DNA of 64,000 nucleotides from Chrysomallon squamiferum (lineage: Eukaryota; Animalia; Mollusca): the NCBI GenBank assembly GCA_012295275.1, contig CM022665.1, positions 48,422,001-48,486,000 of the forward strand, written 5' to 3'. Below are positions 61,243 to 64,000 of the stretch, one piece after another. The position numbers and the translations under genes are program-made. The notes below the pieces were generated by a model, which saw only the letters and a program-made list of their open reading frames with translations, was not told the origin of the DNA and did no database searches. Positions within the stretch are counted from its first letter, which is position 1, and each line of letters starts with the position of its first letter.

Positions 61243-62798
61243 GATTACTAAAATATGGGATTATTGAAATATTAATAATATATAAAAAAGGATAAATAAA
61301 GAGATTAATTAGAAGGAAAAGATTATAATTTGTTTTAAAGAAAGAAATATTTTTCTAATCAAAGACAAAAAAAAAAAAAAAAAGAAATCTAAAACAGAAA
61401 TAATCTAAAAAAGAAAATGAAATCAATGAATTCAGTTTCATTTAGAAAACATTACTGACATCACAACTTCAGAATTTTTTATTTTTTTTTTTAAAATAAT
61501 TTTATTTGTTCATATATATCAGTTACAGCATGAACAAAATTCTTAGCACTGAATAATAATAAACTAAACTACACACAGAGAGAGAGAGACAAGGTATAGG
61601 AATGTTACTAAGGATTTTATAAAATTCACTTTGTAATTATTATATATATAAAACCTTACCGGTCAATATTGGGTGACTTTGGTGGGGTGACTGGTAAAGG
61701 AAAGGTGAAGACAAGCTCCCCATCCTCATTCTTCTTACACTCCGAGTCACCAGGGACAACAACATTACTCTCCCCATTGGTTGTGGCAATGACCTTGACA
61801 CTGGGTGAGAGGTCAGGGTCAAGGATGTAGAGGTCCTCTGAAGAGATGTCGGTGATGTAATGTAGATGTTCTTGTGCTCTGTCGATTCGGAAAAACCTCT
61901 CTGCTGTTGTAGCTGTAACAACACAATTAAAAAAACCAGTGTCACATTTGTTTTAAAACTTTCCTAGGTATTACTGAGTCATTCAAAGTTACAACTGTTA
62001 ATTAAAATGTCAACAGTATTTCTAGACATATATTCTAGAATCAGTTTGTTACAAATATGTTAGATGTAACAACACAATTAAAAACCAGCATCAAATTCAT
62101 TTTAAAACTTTCCTAGGTATTACTGAGTCATTCAAAGTTACAACTGTTAATTAAAAATGTCAACAGTATTTCTAGACATATATTCTAGAATCAGTTTGTT
62201 ACAAATATGTTAGAATGAACTTATATTCTAGAATCATTTTTTTTCATCAGTAAATATTCAAAGTTTGATGTAACCAAACAATTAAAAAGTTTGTTACAAA
62301 TTCATTGGAATTATTTCTTAAAACTTTCCTCTGTATTACTGATACATTAATATGCTACAATATATTTTTTTGAATGAAAATTTCATCAATATACTGACAT
62401 ATTCTAAAAACATAAACTCACATGTCTTAAAACAATTTATCACAAACATGTTAGCAGAAACAACAGAATCAAAAACCAGCATCAAATATGATTCAATTTT
62501 TTTATATAAAAAGATGTCATCATTATATTCTAGAAATAAAAGCCCATGTATTTCAAAACAATTTATTACAAATATGTCACAATTTTATGAAAAAAAATAA
62601 TGTCATCAGTATATTGACATATTAAAGAAATATAAACCCATGTATCTTATCAGTACAATTTATGACAAATGTGTAAAATTTTCAAACGTGGTTTCTGAGA
62701 TACTTACAGTCAAGGAAACACCATTTCTTAGACGAAGCCAGCAAAGAAGTCTCATTGGAAATCCCCTCTTCATTGTTTTCTAGACTTTTGTTAATATC
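43019..62798 (-). CDS. DGKZ: Type IV diacylglycerol kinase (DGK zeta/iota, Drosophila rdgA-like), 3' part; exons 62708-62798, 61660-61912, [59820-59912], [57041-57253], 52411-52491, 47982-48097, 45581-45618, 44899-45019, 44439-44475, ~43877-44043 (corrupted), 43019-43071; gene starts beyond window end
   Basis: [41 protein letters not shown] matches the DGKZ post-catalytic motif ([23 protein letters not shown]). Ankyrin repeats are present (LIDASKRGD...[31 protein letters not shown]...[13 protein letters not shown]). The C-terminus EDQETAV* is the DGKZ/DGKI PDZ-binding tail. Confidence 0.9.
43203..43300 (+). mobile_element. Possible decayed tRNA-derived SINE head
   Basis: tagctcagtggtt resembles a Pol III A-box, followed by a weak B-box-like gactcaaacc; heavily degenerate. 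Confidence 0.25.
43430..43885 (-). repeat. 42-bp minisatellite spanning the DGK penultimate-exon donor
   Basis: Minus-strand unit is ctccaaa|gtaagttcacagtttacattcacactgctgtctgt; about 9-10 copies. Confidence 0.92.
43877..44043 (-). CDS. DGKZ: DGK penultimate exon (ankyrin, ...[13 protein letters not shown]...), frameshifted and mosaic in this sequence
   Basis: The ttgcag|AGGA acceptor and A|gtaagt donor are 167 bp apart, which is phase-correct. The internal sequence has indels, and its 3' part is replaced by a copy of the neighbouring intron. Confidence 0.6.
44439..44475 (-). CDS. DGKZ: DGK exon ([13 protein letters not shown])
   Basis: tttcag|CT ... AA|gtaagc; 37 bp; compare DGKZ APPEILDAVEE. 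Confidence 0.88.
44899..45019 (-). CDS. DGKZ: DGK exon ([40 protein letters not shown]), ankyrin repeat
   Basis: ttgtag|TTG ... G|gttagt; 121 bp; ankyrin consensus G-x-T-A-L-H-x-A-A. Confidence 0.92.
45581..45618 (-). CDS. DGKZ: DGK exon ([13 protein letters not shown]), first ankyrin repeat
   Basis: ttccag|CT ... AAG|gtaaat; 38 bp. Confidence 0.88.
47530..47972. repeat. ~10-bp-based array (caggtgtaac/aaatgtgac) abutting a DGK donor
   Basis: Begins about 10 bp from the donor at 47981. Confidence 0.85.
47982..48097 (-). CDS. DGKZ: DGK exon ([18 protein letters not shown]...LTSLEK)
   Basis: tttcag|C ... G|gtacca; 116 bp, phase 2-1. Confidence 0.8.
49165..50080. repeat. 37/39/41-bp minisatellite with higher-order structure
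   Basis: gtcatgtgacatgtgtaaagggtaacagctactgcactg and two recurring variants. Confidence 0.93.
50780..51100. repeat. 36-bp minisatellite (atctagtaataatattatctacatggtaatagtgat)
   Basis: About 9 copies. Confidence 0.9.
52411..52491 (-). CDS. DGKZ: DGK exon, Pro-rich ([26 protein letters not shown])
   Basis: tactag|A ... AG|gtgtca; 81 bp, phase 2-2. Confidence 0.65.
53060..54145. repeat. 40-bp minisatellite (cagaactgtgagatactgagcatgttaatctactattaca)
   Basis: About 26 near-identical copies with no spacers. Confidence 0.97.
56095..57018. repeat. ~52-bp minisatellite (aacacaacacaagtgaactaaacccagtacttgtttcatttctgagacaaaa)
   Basis: About 17 copies; ends about 20 bp from the putative donor at 57040. 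Confidence 0.95.
57041..57253 (-). CDS. DGKZ: Putative cassette exon of DGK ([18 protein letters not shown]...QQVSLLI)
   Basis: catacag|A acceptor and CA|gttagt donor (the same donor type is used elsewhere in this window); 213 bp, open only in the phase-2 frame, symmetric; no recognisable homology. Confidence 0.4.
59210..59750. repeat. 24-bp minisatellite rich in TCTAGA/AGATCT palindromes
   Basis: tctagaggtgactctagtctaaga, about 22 copies. Confidence 0.95.
59820..59912 (-). CDS. DGKZ: Putative cassette exon of DGK, highly basic ([30 protein letters not shown])
   Basis: acacag|G acceptor; CCCAG|gttcaa weak donor; 93 bp, symmetric phase 2-2; GC-rich island within an AT-rich intron. Confidence 0.6.
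61660..61912 (-). CDS. DGKZ: DGK exon ([17 protein letters not shown]...[12 protein letters not shown])
   Basis: minus strand: ttacag|CT ... CG|gtaagg; 253 bp, phase 1-2. The ORF track shows a different, wrong frame. Confidence 0.92.
61914..62330. repeat. ~151-bp tandem duplication starting at the DGK acceptor (2 good copies plus a degenerate third)
   Basis: tgtaacaacacaattaaaaa...ctttcctaggtattactgagtc at 61914 and 62065. Confidence 0.88.
62708..62798 (-). CDS. DGKZ: DGK exon ([12 protein letters not shown]...SKKWCFLD)
   Basis: minus strand: ttttcaag|GAT ... GAC T|gtaagt; 91 bp. Confidence 0.85.
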
Positions 62799-63510
62799 CT
62801 TGAAAAACATGACCAGAGTAACTTTTATTAATATCCAGTCTTTAAAAACATGACCAGAGTAACATTTAGAATATTATTATTATATGTGTCACTTAAATAA
62901 ACAGAGAAATATTCAGTCTGTTAATGTATCCCTTTTCATTGTTTTCTAGACTTTTGTTAATATCCTTGAAAAACATGACCAGAGTAATATTTAGAATATT
63001 ATTATATGTGTCACTTAAATAAATATTCAGTCTGTTAATGTATCCCCTCTTCATTGTTTTCTAGACTTTTGTTAATATCCTTGAAAAACATGACCAGAGT
63101 AATATTTAGTATATTATAATATGTGTCAAATAAATAAATATTCAGTCTGTTAATGTATCCCCTCTTCATTGTTTTCTAGACTTTTGTTAATATCCTTGAA
63201 AAACATGACCAGAGTAATATTTAGTATATTATAATATGTGTCAAATAAATAAATATTCAGTCTGTTAATGTATCCCCTCTTCATTGTTTTCTAGACTTTT
63301 GTTAATATCCTTGAAAAACATGACCTGAGTAATATTTAGTATATTATAATATGTGTCAAATAAATAAATATTCAGTCTGTTAATGTATCCCCTCTTCATT
63401 GTTTTCTAGACTTTTGTTAATATCCTTAAAAAACAACAACCAGAGTAACATTTAGTATATTATTATGTGCGTCACTTAAATAAACAGAGAAATATTCAGT
63501 CTGTTAATGT
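62761..63510 (-). repeat. 115-bp minisatellite copying the DGK acceptor plus the first ~38 nt of the exon
   Basis: atcccctcttcattgttttctagacttttgttaatatccttgaaaaacatgacc at 62761 (true), 62928, 63042, 63157, 63272 and 63387. Confidence 0.93.
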
Positions 63511-63829
63511 GTGTACCAGTCATACAGTCTGTTAGTCTGTAGTATTTTACAGGTCCTGTGAAATCTACTGAGTAGAATGAATCTGTATAATTAGAGTTGA
63601 TGGGAATTATTGTAAGATGCAATACAGTATATATTCACAGTCTGTCATTGAGTACTAACAATATTTAACAGTGCATTTATACACACAGTAAGTAATAAAA
63701 TTATTAAATAAAATATTTTTAAAATGTTTAACTTTTTTTAAAGAAAAAATAATAATAAGAAAGATGACATTACACTGTATTTCTTTGATATTGTCAGTAA
63801 AAATGTTAGAAGTGAGAGAGTTTAAGAAT

Positions 63830-64000
63830 CAATACAAGAACACTAGAGTTAGATAGGTAAACACAAGAGAACTAGAGTTAGGTAAACACAAGAAAACTAG
63901 AGTTAGCCAGGTAAACACAAGAAAACTAGAGTTAGGTAAACACAAGAAAACTAGAGTTAGGTAAACACAAGAAAACTAGAGTTAGCCAAGTAAACACAAG
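63830..64000. repeat. 25-30-bp minisatellite (ggtaaacacaagaaaactagagtta), runs off the window end
   Basis: Direct tandem copies. Confidence 0.9.

Noticed and set aside
61640-61945. ORF-track peptide [14 protein letters not shown]...
   Set aside because: Wrong frame; the conserved DGK sequence ([16 protein letters not shown]) is in another frame of the same exon.

Overview
AT-rich, microsatellite- and minisatellite-rich animal genomic DNA with spliced genes. It is probably an invertebrate and looks lophotrochozoan/mollusc-like, which is inference only. I reconstructed three genes by hand from GT-AG sites with consistent phases. (1) The last 7 exons of an axonemal inner-arm dynein heavy chain, DNAH1-like (+, 1012-8598). 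(2) A complete membrane-tethered bZIP factor of the CREB3L1/CREB3L2 (OASIS/BBF2H7/CrebA) family (+, 19419-35487, about 553 aa), with a likely alternative first exon at 14994-15065. (3) The 3' part of a type IV diacylglycerol kinase, DGKZ/DGKI/rdgA-like (-, 62798-43019), with ankyrin repeats and a C-terminal EDQETAV PDZ ligand. There is also a decayed LINE reverse-transcriptase fragment and about 20 locus-specific tandem arrays. The most striking pattern is that many tandem arrays are seeded at exon-intron junctions. In 8 of about 53 splice sites the repeat unit copies the splice site itself, in most cases with the exon edge, giving ladders of decoy donors or acceptors. Two of these ladders are in frame and stop-free. 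Several more arrays abut a junction, and one copies the stop-codon region. Two exon-containing mosaic patches inside arrays (2400-2590 and 43780-44043) are most likely consensus/assembly artefacts. Almost all ORFs in the supplied track are low-complexity noise.
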